From: a virus
Virus record (IMG/VR): IMGVR_UViG_3300045988_093873
DNA length: 36,919 nucleotides
Strand: one strand, 5' to 3'
Shown here: piece after piece, positions 1 through 8,768 of the stretch
Position numbering within the stretch: position 1 is the stretch's first letter
Layout: each line of letters starts with the position of its first letter
Position numbers and translations under genes: made by a program
Notes under the pieces: generated by a model
The model's database searches: none
Told to the model about the DNA's origin: nothing
What the model saw: the letters and a program-made list of their open reading frames with translations, nothing else

Positions 1-10
1 GTTTTTTTTT
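1..10 (-). other. Programmed -1 ribosomal frameshift slippery site, A_AAA_AAC within an A9 run (also present as 36835-36844)
   Basis: Minus-sense reading is GCA AAA AAA AAC. The 0 frame stops 8 codons later (TGA at 36813-36811). The -1 frame stays open for 61 codons to TAA at 36652-36650, directly before the tape-measure RBS. This is the conserved G/GT arrangement of siphophage tail chaperones. Confidence 0.75.
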
Positions 11-85
11 GCTTCTGCCTGCGTCTGCTGGTTCAGGTTCCAGAGTTTTACAATCTCCGGGAAAATTGTGTAAATCGAAAATGTA
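1..85. repeat. Terminal direct overlap, copy 1 (identical to 36835-36919); signature of a circular or permuted contig
   Basis: Compared base by base: g + T9 + gcttctgcctgcgtctgctgg...cgaaaatgta occurs at both ends. The unique length is therefore 36834 bp. Confidence 0.95.
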
Positions 86-384
86 TCAAACTGATCTAAC
101 CAGTCGTATACATCTTCCGGGAAATCCTGTCCCTTTTTCTGTGCTGCGTGTTTTGCCATTACGAATGCGACGTTTTCGAACATCTCTAAATCCTCGATAG
201 GGATGTCCGACTCGGACACCTTCGTTTCAGTCTGCTTATCCTGTGATTTTTTTACGGACTTTTCAATTTTTGCCATGTCCTGAAAAATATCTCTCCGGAA
301 CTGAATCCGATAAATTCTCGGAATTGCAGCAGAAGCGGCAAAAAGCACCTCTTTATCATCAATTTTAATTGTTTTCGTCAGCAT
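1..384 (-). CDS. Tail assembly chaperone (gpG-like), first 128 codons; continues across the circular junction to 36811
   Basis: Absent from the ORF track because it runs off the window edge. ATG at 384-382 follows AGGAGAATAAGG, 2 nt after the major-tail stop. I translated 128 sense codons by hand (MLTKTIKIDDKEVLF...QTQAEAKKN). It sits between the major tail protein and the tape measure. Confidence 0.8.
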   Translation of the reverse strand, partial: MLTKTIKIDDKEVLFAASAAIPRIYRIQFRRDIFQDMAKIEKSVKKSQDKQTETKVSESDIPIEDLEMFENVAFVMAKHAAQKKGQDFPEDVYDWLDQFDTFSIYTIFPEIVKLWNLNQQTQAEAKKN

Positions 385-386
385 CC

Positions 387-1007
387 TTATTCTCCTGCGG
401 CTTTTTTATCTACATTAACAGCCTGCGTTGCTTCTGTGATTGTTTCTGGATAGTACACTGTCTTATACCATCCGCTATACACAGTGTCGTCTGTGTCTAC
501 CGTTGTCTGAGCTTTTACCCGGCCGTTCGGAAGTGGAGCATTGCTGATCGTAATTGTTTCTGTGCCAGGTTCAATACTATCTTCTTTCGTCTCGGATTCG
601 ATTGACGGTCTGGTAGCTGTGCAGTTATAGAGAACTCGTCTGATTCCTTTCTGATCTCCATCAAATTCAAACAGAAATGCGAATTTCTGTGTATCCGTAG
701 AATCACTGATTTCATGCAGCACACCTTTTTCGTCCTTCTTTTCTTTCAGGACATCCTGTCTGAAAGAATCCGGAATTAATGCAAATTCTGTATCTCCTTC
801 ATATCCGTTGTTTGCAGCCGACACATAATACTGGATTCCGTCTGCATAGAACGGTGAAATATCTCCATTTGCGTCAAGTGATATGGATACAGATCCCGGA
901 ATCGCTTTCGGGGCTTCAAAAGTAATTGTTCCATCTTCTCCTTCATTCTGCAATGCGTAATGTGCGTTTTTAAGATTGTACTTAACTTTGTTATCTTTTT
1001 TACCCAT
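387..1007 (-). CDS. Major tail protein (phi13-like family)
   Basis: 206-aa ORF. RBS GGAGGTATAAAG precedes the ATG. It lies upstream of the chaperone/tape-measure genes, and the sequence looks like Firmicutes siphophage major tail proteins. Confidence 0.75.
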   Translation of the reverse strand: MGKKDNKVKYNLKNAHYALQNEGEDGTITFEAPKAIPGSVSISLDANGDISPFYADGIQYYVSAANNGYEGDTEFALIPDSFRQDVLKEKKDEKGVLHEISDSTDTQKFAFLFEFDGDQKGIRRVLYNCTATRPSIESETKEDSIEPGTETITISNAPLPNGRVKAQTTVDTDDTVYSGWYKTVYYPETITEATQAVNVDKKAAGE

Positions 1008-1009
1008 CT

Positions 1010-1330
1010 TTATACCTCCATTTCGTATAAAACTTCGTACATTTTTTCTGAGTCAAGATATTCTCCTGTTTTGTCGTATGTGATTCCATACTTATCCAGG
1101 ATGTCCTCTATCTTCTTTTCATTGTTCCAGTCCTTTTCATCTGAATACAATTCGATATTCAGAACGTCAATCTTTGCATATGTAATCCCGTCTGCGTGAA
1201 AATTATCACTTTCCGGAATCCTCCATACAATAAAAGGCGGCTCTATCCAGTTATGAGTCGAAAAATGATCGTATTCATACGGCAAGCCGATTTCATTCAA
1301 CATTTCTTTGATATTTTCAGCTGACATCAT
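1010..1330 (-). CDS. Tail terminator / tail completion protein (putative)
   Basis: 106-aa ORF immediately upstream of the major tail gene. The call rests on position and size only. Confidence 0.45.
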   Translation of the reverse strand: MMSAENIKEMLNEIGLPYEYDHFSTHNWIEPPFIVWRIPESDNFHADGITYAKIDVLNIELYSDEKDWNNEKKIEDILDKYGITYDKTGEYLDSEKMYEVLYEMEV

Positions 1331-1698
1331 AGCTTTGATATGATCTCCTTTTCCAGCTCTGCTATTGCTGCCTGTTCTGCTGGTTCCACATGTTTGATTG
1401 CGGCTACCCTTCCGCCTCCTCTTTTCTGATGTCCTTTTTCAAGCAAATGCACCAGGGAGTATTTTGCATCGTGGATCGCAATAACTAAACTTGTAGAATT
1501 TTCTTTCACAACAGTTTTCTTCCATCCTTTTTTATACTTTCCGGTATTTACCGGGGATGTCTGTTTTAGCTTTGATACTGTCTTTTTTGCAACATTATTT
1601 ACGCATTCCTTCGTTGTCTCAGTGCATTGTTTTCCATAGTCTTCAACAAGGCGATTTATTTCTGCTGCCAGATCATCAATTCTGATACTATCCGCCAT
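1327..1698 (-). CDS. HK97 gp10-family neck/tail-completion protein
   Basis: I chose the internal ATG at 1698 (RBS AGGAGGGGCGACA) rather than the ORF-track start at 1773. The product MADSIRIDDLAAEI...GKYKKGWK...HLLEKGH resembles the HK97 gp10 family. Confidence 0.6.
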   Translation of the reverse strand: MADSIRIDDLAAEINRLVEDYGKQCTETTKECVNNVAKKTVSKLKQTSPVNTGKYKKGWKKTVVKENSTSLVIAIHDAKYSLVHLLEKGHQKRGGGRVAAIKHVEPAEQAAIAELEKEIISKL

Positions 1699-2122
1699 TG
1701 TCGCCCCTCCTGTCTTTATACAACTGTACGATTTTTTCCAACGACAGATATATTGCAGGTGGTGCAGCGTCAAATTTCTCCTGAATCTGCACTATTTTGT
1801 ACATTGCCGGATTATGTTCATTGATAATTTCATCTCTTTCAAAATCGAATGGATCCCAGAGCCAGCCGCTTTGCGAATCAATGATAACAATGTCAAGAGC
1901 TTCAATATCTTCCCTGTTCAGCACTGCTGCCGGAATGCTTAACAATTTTGTTATTTTATTTCCTGCTGTCTGTGCGTCAAAATATCGTCTCTCTCCGATT
2001 GTTCGGTTTCCGAAGCGAATGTTCTTGAGCTTCGTGTCTACGATCACCCTGTCTTCTGTTTTGCAGATACTGAGTATCCCGTCTGTAAACGTTTCAAACT
2101 GTTTACGCCTGGCTCTTGGCAT
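1688..2122 (-). CDS. Head closure / head-tail joining protein (SPP1 gp16-like)
   Basis: 144-aa ORF between the gp6-like connector and the gp10-like gene. Short overlaps with both neighbours suggest translational coupling. Confidence 0.5.
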   Translation of the reverse strand: MPRARRKQFETFTDGILSICKTEDRVIVDTKLKNIRFGNRTIGERRYFDAQTAGNKITKLLSIPAAVLNREDIEALDIVIIDSQSGWLWDPFDFERDEIINEHNPAMYKIVQIQEKFDAAPPAIYLSLEKIVQLYKDRRGDNGG

Positions 2123-2414
2123 ATTTTTCCACCTTCTTTGCTATCTGCAGTCCAATAACCTCACTTTTGTAGTTTTCCCAAAACTGCTGCAGCTCTCCAG
2201 AATACTCATACATTACAAGCTGAAAAAGGAGTGTCCTTTCCTGAGTATCCCCCAGGAAATCGCACTCCCCTATTTTTCCGGCTAATGATGCCATGCCTCT
2301 TTTTATCATTCCTTGGAGCTTTTCATCTCCTTTTGGATCGTCCCAGGTGATGTCCAGATAGTTTCTGACATCCTCCAGAAGTTTTGATAAATCATTTTCT
2401 GACATAGCACTCAT
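2103..2414 (-). CDS. Head-tail connector (gp6-like, DNA-packaging adaptor)
   Basis: 103-aa ORF directly after the capsid gene. The motif VRNYLDITWDDP...GMI is typical of gp6-like connectors. Confidence 0.55.
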   Translation of the reverse strand: MSAMSENDLSKLLEDVRNYLDITWDDPKGDEKLQGMIKRGMASLAGKIGECDFLGDTQERTLLFQLVMYEYSGELQQFWENYKSEVIGLQIAKKVEKYAKSQA

Positions 2415-2418
2415 TTTA

Positions 2419-3876
2419 TCACTCCTTTGTTACAGTTACGGTGTATGTCTTTGTCTGTTCTCCGTCTGTAACTTTAACAGTTACGGTGTTGGCTCCAGTG
2501 TTCCATGTGATCTTTCCGCCGTTTGTTACTTTACTGGATCCTGCAGTAATTTCAATCTCTGCTGTTCCTGATTTCGGGAACGCTGTGATTGTGTTTGTTG
2601 CAGTTGTTGTTTTTGCTGTGTATGTGTTTGTGTCGCTGTCAAATTTCGGCGAGAGAGTTAATCCTCCAATTCTCAGATCAGACAGCAGTGCATTATCTAC
2701 ATGCTCCTCCTGTTTGCTTACAACCTCGAAGCGAACCGGATGCAGATCTGTAATGTCAAGAACGACAAAAGCATTGTTGTCCAGTGCGAATCCGTGAGCA
2801 TATAACTTGATAAGGTATACTCTTTCATCTTCCAGGAATCTGTATTCATCTGAATACTCAATCTTTCCGTTTTTGGACATTCCTACACCAAGGAAATACT
2901 TTCCGGCCATTCCGTATACTGCAGTTCCTTCTGTAACTGCTGCCGACTGGATGATTTCCAGAGGAATCGGAAGTGTTGAAACATATACGCCGTCCGGAGA
3001 CATTGCGCGTGTTGCCGGAAGGATTCGCTTCCAGTAATCCACCGGATTTACGATCATAATCAGGTTATCTACTGTTCTCGCCTGTCCTTTGCTGTTTCTT
3101 GCCATGATAGATGTAACATTTCCAAGCTGGGTCATGTCAAGAGCTGTCATTTTAATAGTCTCTTTTTCCGGATATTCTCCAGACACAACGTTCACTCCGT
3201 CTCCTACCTGACGCGCCATTCCGATTGGCATATCTTTTCCGGTACCATTTACGATTCCATACTCAAGTGCATTTGCAAGAGCTTCTGTGAGCACCTGACG
3301 CACGTAGTTATCTAACCATGCAGGGCCTAAATCAAGCATAGCTTTTGAAACTGGCAGGAATGCGCTCAGTTTATCCTGAGTTACATCTACTTCTTTGAAT
3401 CCGGATGTCAGTTCTTCAATGATCTTGCTGCTGAGTTTGCCCCATGCTGCTTTCTGTTCTCCGTTTGTGTTTAACATCATTCTTGTGAGACCAGTTACAG
3501 TTGTTGCATTTAATTTTGACAGCAGCGGATGATTTGTTGTCAGTTCTTCGAAGACAGAATCAATGATTGTCTCCGGGAAAACAGTCTCAATATTGTTGAG
3601 GGCCTGTTTTGGATCCGAAGATTTCATTGCGTCAATTACTTTCTCATAATATTCTCTTTCTGCGCTTGTGAGCTGACGCACGCCTCTCTGTGCAAGTACG
3701 TTCATGTCGCTCTGATTTACAAGCTCTTTCGCCTGTTCAAGCACGTTCTCCTCAATGTCCTGGCATAATTCCAGATATGCTTTTGAAAACGCTTCTGAAT
3801 CATTTTCCGCAACAGCTGCGTTCATTCTGTTGAGGATTTCCGTTCTCTTTAATGCGGCAAAATCTTTATTTTTCAT
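2419..3876 (-). CDS. Major capsid protein, HK97 fold family, with a C-terminal cadherin-like/Ig-like beta-sandwich domain
   Basis: 485 aa. It follows the protease and portal genes. The core contains GIVNGTGKDMPIGM typical of the Phage_capsid family. The last ~90 aa (LSDLRIGGLTLSPKFDSDTNTYTA...KTYTVTVTKE) match the cadherin-like beta-sandwich pattern. Confidence 0.8.
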   Translation of the reverse strand: MKNKDFAALKRTEILNRMNAAVAENDSEAFSKAYLELCQDIEENVLEQAKELVNQSDMNVLAQRGVRQLTSAEREYYEKVIDAMKSSDPKQALNNIETVFPETIIDSVFEELTTNHPLLSKLNATTVTGLTRMMLNTNGEQKAAWGKLSSKIIEELTSGFKEVDVTQDKLSAFLPVSKAMLDLGPAWLDNYVRQVLTEALANALEYGIVNGTGKDMPIGMARQVGDGVNVVSGEYPEKETIKMTALDMTQLGNVTSIMARNSKGQARTVDNLIMIVNPVDYWKRILPATRAMSPDGVYVSTLPIPLEIIQSAAVTEGTAVYGMAGKYFLGVGMSKNGKIEYSDEYRFLEDERVYLIKLYAHGFALDNNAFVVLDITDLHPVRFEVVSKQEEHVDNALLSDLRIGGLTLSPKFDSDTNTYTAKTTTATNTITAFPKSGTAEIEITAGSSKVTNGGKITWNTGANTVTVKVTDGEQTKTYTVTVTKE

Positions 3877-3877
3877 T

Positions 3878-4687
3878 TTACTCTCCTTTTTTGAATCCCT
3901 GCAGAAATCCCTGCAGTGTGTGTTTCTCTGGTTCTTCCGGTTTCTTTCCCGGTTCGGGTTTCTGTCCTTTCTGCATAAGTTCCAGCTGCTCTCTGAAAGA
4001 CTTCGTGTCTTTCATGTGCTGCATAACTTCCTGGAGACGTTTCTGCATTCCTTCTTTTGTCGTGTCTCCCTCTGGCGCGTGTCCGTAATCCTCTACCTTG
4101 TCGATCAGGCCATATTCCAGGCAATCATCCGGAGTCAGGAAGGTTTCTGCCTCCATCATGTCTGCAAGTTGTTGTTCTTCCAGATTTGAACGCTCAAGGA
4201 AGATCTTCCGGTTGCTTGCCGTAAGTACGTCCAGATCATCCGCTGTCTTTCTCAGTTCTCTTGCGTTTCCGGATGCAGTAACCCATGGTTCGTGAATCAG
4301 TGCTGTTGTTCCTACGCCCATGATTCTTTCATCACATGCCTGTAAAATCACAAAAGCCACGGAATACGCTACCCCATCAACGATTCCTTTTACGTGGCTT
4401 CCGGACTGTTTCAAAAGGTTGTAGATAGTTACTCCCTCTTTTACAGATCCGCCATTTGAATTGATATGTAATTCAATTGTATGGTCTTCCGGAATTGCTG
4501 CCAACTGATCGCGGAAATACTTCGCAGATGTCTCGCTTTCTGTATATGACCATGTTTTCCAGTCAAATTCTCCATACGCTGATACATCATCATAGATGTA
4601 TAGCAAATGTACTGCCGGATCTGCTGCCTGCTTAAAACAGTAATTTGTTTTATTCTGTGCTTTTTCCATTCCCGCCATTTTCTCCAC
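3878..4687 (-). CDS. Prohead maturation protease, ClpP family
   Basis: The motifs INSNGGSVKEG, VDGVAYSVAF and ALIHEPW resemble the ClpP/S14 family. It lies between the portal and capsid genes. The basic/acidic C-terminal tail is possibly a scaffold. Confidence 0.8.
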   Translation of the reverse strand: MEKMAGMEKAQNKTNYCFKQAADPAVHLLYIYDDVSAYGEFDWKTWSYTESETSAKYFRDQLAAIPEDHTIELHINSNGGSVKEGVTIYNLLKQSGSHVKGIVDGVAYSVAFVILQACDERIMGVGTTALIHEPWVTASGNARELRKTADDLDVLTASNRKIFLERSNLEEQQLADMMEAETFLTPDDCLEYGLIDKVEDYGHAPEGDTTKEGMQKRLQEVMQHMKDTKSFREQLELMQKGQKPEPGKKPEEPEKHTLQGFLQGFKKGE

Positions 4688-5858
4688 CTCCTTCCAGGCT
4701 GTTCAATAAATCCTGTACTGTGCTGTAATTCTTTGTGATAAAATGCTGGTTCGCCCATTCTTCATTGATCTGTGGCTGTCCCATTGCACGCAGAATCATG
4801 TTGATCGTATGCGTTCCGGACTGTACTAGCTTGTCAATCTGTGTCGCATTGCTGAATATGTCAACGTGCTTAACGTGTGACGTGTCTACCATGCAGCGGC
4901 TACCCTTCAATACGGCTTTCCCGTACTTTTTACGGTTGATTTCGCTCTCTAAGGATCCGGCTAACGGATCCAGTGCAACAGTCAGCAGTTCGTCTATTGC
5001 CTTGCTGTTGTCCTGCACGTCCCCTTTCAGGACTGACGGAGGGATTCCTATTGCCCTCGCTGTAAAGTCGAATACATCATCATATAGTGCTTTTATGTCT
5101 CTTGTTGTTGTTTCATTGTAGTTCTTTGACCTGTTCGTTTCTGTGAAAGTATATCCTTCGAACAGTGGCAGAACTGCATTTTCGCTTTCAAAGAATGTCT
5201 TAAAATAATCATTCAGCAGCTTTTTGAGAGTATCATCAAAGTTTTTTGCGTTCTGGGCTACAGCTGATATGTCCAGAGTTCCTTTTGATCCATGCGACTG
5301 CATAAAGGTCTTTGCTCCGTACTGGATTAGCTTCGCATAGGATCCGTATAGTCCCTGCAATATCGTATTTACATTTTTCCAGTTCGGTTTTAGATACAGA
5401 ACATCCGTGGATCTAAACGACCTCTGAAAAGTATAATCATCAATCTGCACCTGGCTGTACGTGTTCCCGTACAATGCGTTTCTAGTTGTACAGAACGAAT
5501 CTGCCACATAGAGCTGTCCATCTATTCCCGCAACAACCAACGCCTCTCCATTTCTGAACATTTTTTCGATTAGCTTATCAAAAAATTGCTGTTTATTCTG
5601 ATTTCTGTTTGGTTCGTAGTTCCAGGTATAATATTCATCCCGGAATATTTCGTCACCATTCAGGAATGTACGAATCTCGCATTTTCCTAGCATTTTTGCA
5701 AGAATCTGAATTGCTCTCTGAAAAGCCAATTCCCTCAGATAAATCTCTGTCATTATGTTCTCAATCGGATTGTCTGCAATCTCAATTCGAGACACATTTT
5801 CAACCGACTGTTCTGGTTCCGGCTTTCCCCGTATCAGATTCCTGAATGAAAATCCCAA
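4650..5858 (-). CDS. Portal protein (HK97 family)
   Basis: 402-aa ORF immediately after the large terminase. Size and position are typical. Confidence 0.8.
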   Translation of the reverse strand: MGFSFRNLIRGKPEPEQSVENVSRIEIADNPIENIMTEIYLRELAFQRAIQILAKMLGKCEIRTFLNGDEIFRDEYYTWNYEPNRNQNKQQFFDKLIEKMFRNGEALVVAGIDGQLYVADSFCTTRNALYGNTYSQVQIDDYTFQRSFRSTDVLYLKPNWKNVNTILQGLYGSYAKLIQYGAKTFMQSHGSKGTLDISAVAQNAKNFDDTLKKLLNDYFKTFFESENAVLPLFEGYTFTETNRSKNYNETTTRDIKALYDDVFDFTARAIGIPPSVLKGDVQDNSKAIDELLTVALDPLAGSLESEINRKKYGKAVLKGSRCMVDTSHVKHVDIFSNATQIDKLVQSGTHTINMILRAMGQPQINEEWANQHFITKNYSTVQDLLNSLEGGGENGGNGKSTE

Positions 5859-5874
5859 CCTTCCTCACCTCCTT

Positions 5875-7563
5875 TCAGTAAGTCATTACTCCAATGTCAG
5901 GCACTGCTGCCGTCTGTGCGTATGGAATCATGTCCTCTATTGTCATTGATGCGACAAGTGCCATAAACGGGTCTGTTTTTCTGCTTTTTGCTTCAATTTT
6001 CCCGTAAACATAGTTTCCTATGTCTGCATCATCTTTCTTTCCCGGTTTTCGCCCGTATGGGATCATTTTTGTATTGTTCGTCCCCCAACGGAGCACAGGA
6101 TTGTCGCCCCACACAAAATTATCATTTGCGAAACAGCTGTCTATCACTGTCGCAACTCTCATTATGTCTGAGGGCCGTACAAGTTTTAAATTTTTATATA
6201 CTTTTGCGTCGAATCCGATCTCCCGGAGTGCTGCTGCCAGCAAAGCATATCGGAAATCATCAATCGCAATTCCTTTTATGCAGTATTTCATCATTGCCAC
6301 CTGAATATAATCAGTGATGATCTCTGGATGTATCTCCACATCATCCACCATTGTCAGTAATCCTCTTCGTCTCCATTCTTCCAGAGGAGCTTTTATCCTT
6401 GGAATGTCCTTTGACTGACTGCATAACCATGAATGATTGATGTCATATCTGATATTTTCGTCTCTGAAATGTAGATTTACGGAAACAAGGTCCGTAATCT
6501 TTGAGAAATCAATCCCACATGTGCATGTCCACCCTGACAGATCCGGTATTTCTCTGTTCGTGAGCTTTATTTTCTCATACGAACATACTTTTATGTCTGT
6601 GGATCCGCTTGGGATATTCATTCTCTTTGTCATAAATGCAGTGAGACGTTCAGGATGTGCTAACCAGTCGTTGTACTCTTTTCGCATTTCTCCCATTAAT
6701 GTTGGGAGATATGGCAAGGACGGGTTTGCTTTTTCCCAGTTCTTTTCGTCGTATACTTCTTCTTTACTGTCCAGTCTGCAGATAAATGGCAGCATACCAT
6801 TGTCCGGAAGATCATCAAAAAGAATATCTGCCGCTGTTCCAAGCATATCGTCAAGCGGTCCTTCTCTTATATCTCCCTGGGTAGTGTAGTAGGACCGGCG
6901 CGGATGCGGTTTTTTTCCCAGTCCGGTTGTGAACACTTCAATGTTCTTATAGTCCTGATACTGGTGGATCTCGTTAAATACCACCATCCCAGATCTCATA
7001 CCATCCTTTCCTGACGGATTGTTTGTACGTCCCAGAATCGTTGATTTCGTTTCTGTTCCTATCACTTTTTCAGATGTCCAGTAATAAAATTTTTTTAGTT
7101 TTTTCGTGTGTTCAGGCGTTTCAAGAGCTTCCACCACATCTTTGACGGGTCTTAGTGCCTGATCTTCGTTATTTGCACAAATGTCCACATCATACGCCCT
7201 GATTCCGTTGTACGGACTTACCAGGCAGGCAGATTCCCACGCTATTGTTCCGTCTTTTCCTGCACCCCTTCCGAGCATACAGAAAAGATCCGGCCAGCGT
7301 GGAGTCTTTGATACCCTCCAGTATGTGCAATCGTGCAGTCCCACGACAAAAATCTGCCAGGGAAATAACTTTTCAAACGGGAAATATTTTGCGATCCCGA
7401 TATATTTCGTCAGCTGTTCGCTGTCTGTGTATATGTCTTCGTTTTTGAAACAACTTCTGACGTGTGATACCAGTGCTTTGACTTCCCTGGAAGCTCTGAT
7501 TTTCTCAGACTCTACGGCCTCCATGAACTCCTCTATGCGTGGATCACAATTCGTCATCATCAT
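5875..7563 (-). CDS. terL: Terminase large subunit
   Basis: 562 aa. The stretch CMLGRGAGKDG is Walker-A-like. It overlaps the 3' end of terS and is followed by the portal gene. Confidence 0.85.
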   Translation of the reverse strand: MMMTNCDPRIEEFMEAVESEKIRASREVKALVSHVRSCFKNEDIYTDSEQLTKYIGIAKYFPFEKLFPWQIFVVGLHDCTYWRVSKTPRWPDLFCMLGRGAGKDGTIAWESACLVSPYNGIRAYDVDICANNEDQALRPVKDVVEALETPEHTKKLKKFYYWTSEKVIGTETKSTILGRTNNPSGKDGMRSGMVVFNEIHQYQDYKNIEVFTTGLGKKPHPRRSYYTTQGDIREGPLDDMLGTAADILFDDLPDNGMLPFICRLDSKEEVYDEKNWEKANPSLPYLPTLMGEMRKEYNDWLAHPERLTAFMTKRMNIPSGSTDIKVCSYEKIKLTNREIPDLSGWTCTCGIDFSKITDLVSVNLHFRDENIRYDINHSWLCSQSKDIPRIKAPLEEWRRRGLLTMVDDVEIHPEIITDYIQVAMMKYCIKGIAIDDFRYALLAAALREIGFDAKVYKNLKLVRPSDIMRVATVIDSCFANDNFVWGDNPVLRWGTNNTKMIPYGRKPGKKDDADIGNYVYGKIEAKSRKTDPFMALVASMTIEDMIPYAQTAAVPDIGVMTY

Positions 7564-7861
7564 CCCCCTTTATTGTTTCTTTCGTTGTCAACTCCAGCTT
7601 GTCCAGAATCATCAGCATCTGTTTGTTGACAGCAACCAGATCTTTGACCGACTGGTTCTGTTTTACAATCGTTGCTTTCCCGCTTGCGGATGTGGTCTCA
7701 AAGGTCACTCCACGCTTTTTTATATCTGTTTTTAGCTTCTTTTTGACATCATAGAGGGTCATATAGTCGTCCAAAAGGTCTTTGAAGACGGAAATATCTG
7801 CCTGTTTTTTTCTCAGCTGCTCTTTTAAGCTTTCTAATATATCCGCTTTTTTTTCGGCCAT
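7544..7861 (-). CDS. terS: Terminase small subunit (P27-like)
   Basis: 105-aa ORF upstream of and overlapping terL. An HNH gene lies upstream, as in cos-type HK97-like packaging modules. Confidence 0.65.
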   Translation of the reverse strand: MAEKKADILESLKEQLRKKQADISVFKDLLDDYMTLYDVKKKLKTDIKKRGVTFETTSASGKATIVKQNQSVKDLVAVNKQMLMILDKLELTTKETIKGDDDDEL

Positions 7862-7894
7862 TTTTTCACCCCTATTTTTTTATTTTTTCATCAT

Positions 7895-7977
7895 GTGCGA
7901 CCTTTCGCAGATTTGTCGAGGCCACCCACCGGTCTCCGGCCGGCCGCCAAAAATCGCAATTTTTTCGACCGGGGGTA
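7895..7977. other. Candidate cos / terminase recognition region (GC-rich core with several dyad symmetries)
   Basis: This is a non-coding gap between the HNH gene and terS. It contains TGCGA-cctt-TCGCA (7896-7909), GTCGA...TCGAC (7915-7919 and 7965-7969), the GC block gccacccaccggtctccggccggccgcc, and AAAAAT-cgca-ATTTTT (7949-7964). Confidence 0.35.
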
Positions 7978-8319
7978 TCAGTCCCAGCGTTCCTCTGTCA
8001 GCGGTTCCTGCTTCTGTGGTTTTCTGTAACCATGCACTGCTTCATGGCACTCATGGCAAAGGCTTATAAGGTTTCTTTTCTTCACTCCATGCCACTCATA
8101 CCATATGTCCAGAGCCATCTCAGGATGTCTCTTCACGTAGTTTACATGGTGCACTGTCGTGGCTGCTGTGTATCTGTGATGTTCTCTGCACCTCTGGCAT
8201 TCATTGTGATCCATCTTCAACACCTGCTGCCTGACCTGCTTCCACCTGGTCCACACATAGAACCTGTGTATGTCGTTCGCTACGCACCAGCGCACGAACT
8301 CTGTTTCCTGTTGCGTCAT
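7978..8319 (-). CDS. HNH endonuclease (terminase-associated)
   Basis: 113 aa with CQRC...HHVNY...LCHECHEAVH. It lies just upstream of terS. Confidence 0.8.
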   Translation of the reverse strand: MTQQETEFVRWCVANDIHRFYVWTRWKQVRQQVLKMDHNECQRCREHHRYTAATTVHHVNYVKRHPEMALDIWYEWHGVKKRNLISLCHECHEAVHGYRKPQKQEPLTEERWD

Positions 8320-8444
8320 ATTCCTCCTAACTCAAAAGAGGACCTGCATATAGCAAGCCCTCTCTCGTGGGGAACGATTATTCTGTGGCTTTCCTGAATA
8401 CCACGTTATCAATATATCATTTATTTTGTCCTTCGAGTACCACA

Positions 8445-8768
8445 TTACAGATACTCCTTTATCTTGTCTTTGTTATTGTTTCTCAGTTGCGCCTGGTACT
8501 TCTGTATTGCTTTCTGGAAGTTCTCCATACTCTTTCTGTATGCTTCTACTTCCGCAATGTTCTTTTTCCCGAACATACGTCTGTGCCTTGCCTGCATGTT
8601 CCTGATCCGTATCAGCATTCCTTTCGTCTTGTTATCCTTCAACAGTACAATATACTTCTTTCCGCACTGTTCACACTGAATGTATTGGATGTCCAACTCT
8701 GTCTCTGGTATATGTTCTTCCTTTACGGTCTGCTCCATCTGGGCTTTGCATTTATCGCATTCTATCAT
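8445..8768 (-). CDS. Zinc-ribbon protein, function unknown
   Basis: 107 aa with CDKC...CEQC pairs and a basic/coiled C-terminus. Confidence 0.5.
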   Translation of the reverse strand: MIECDKCKAQMEQTVKEEHIPETELDIQYIQCEQCGKKYIVLLKDNKTKGMLIRIRNMQARHRRMFGKKNIAEVEAYRKSMENFQKAIQKYQAQLRNNNKDKIKEYL

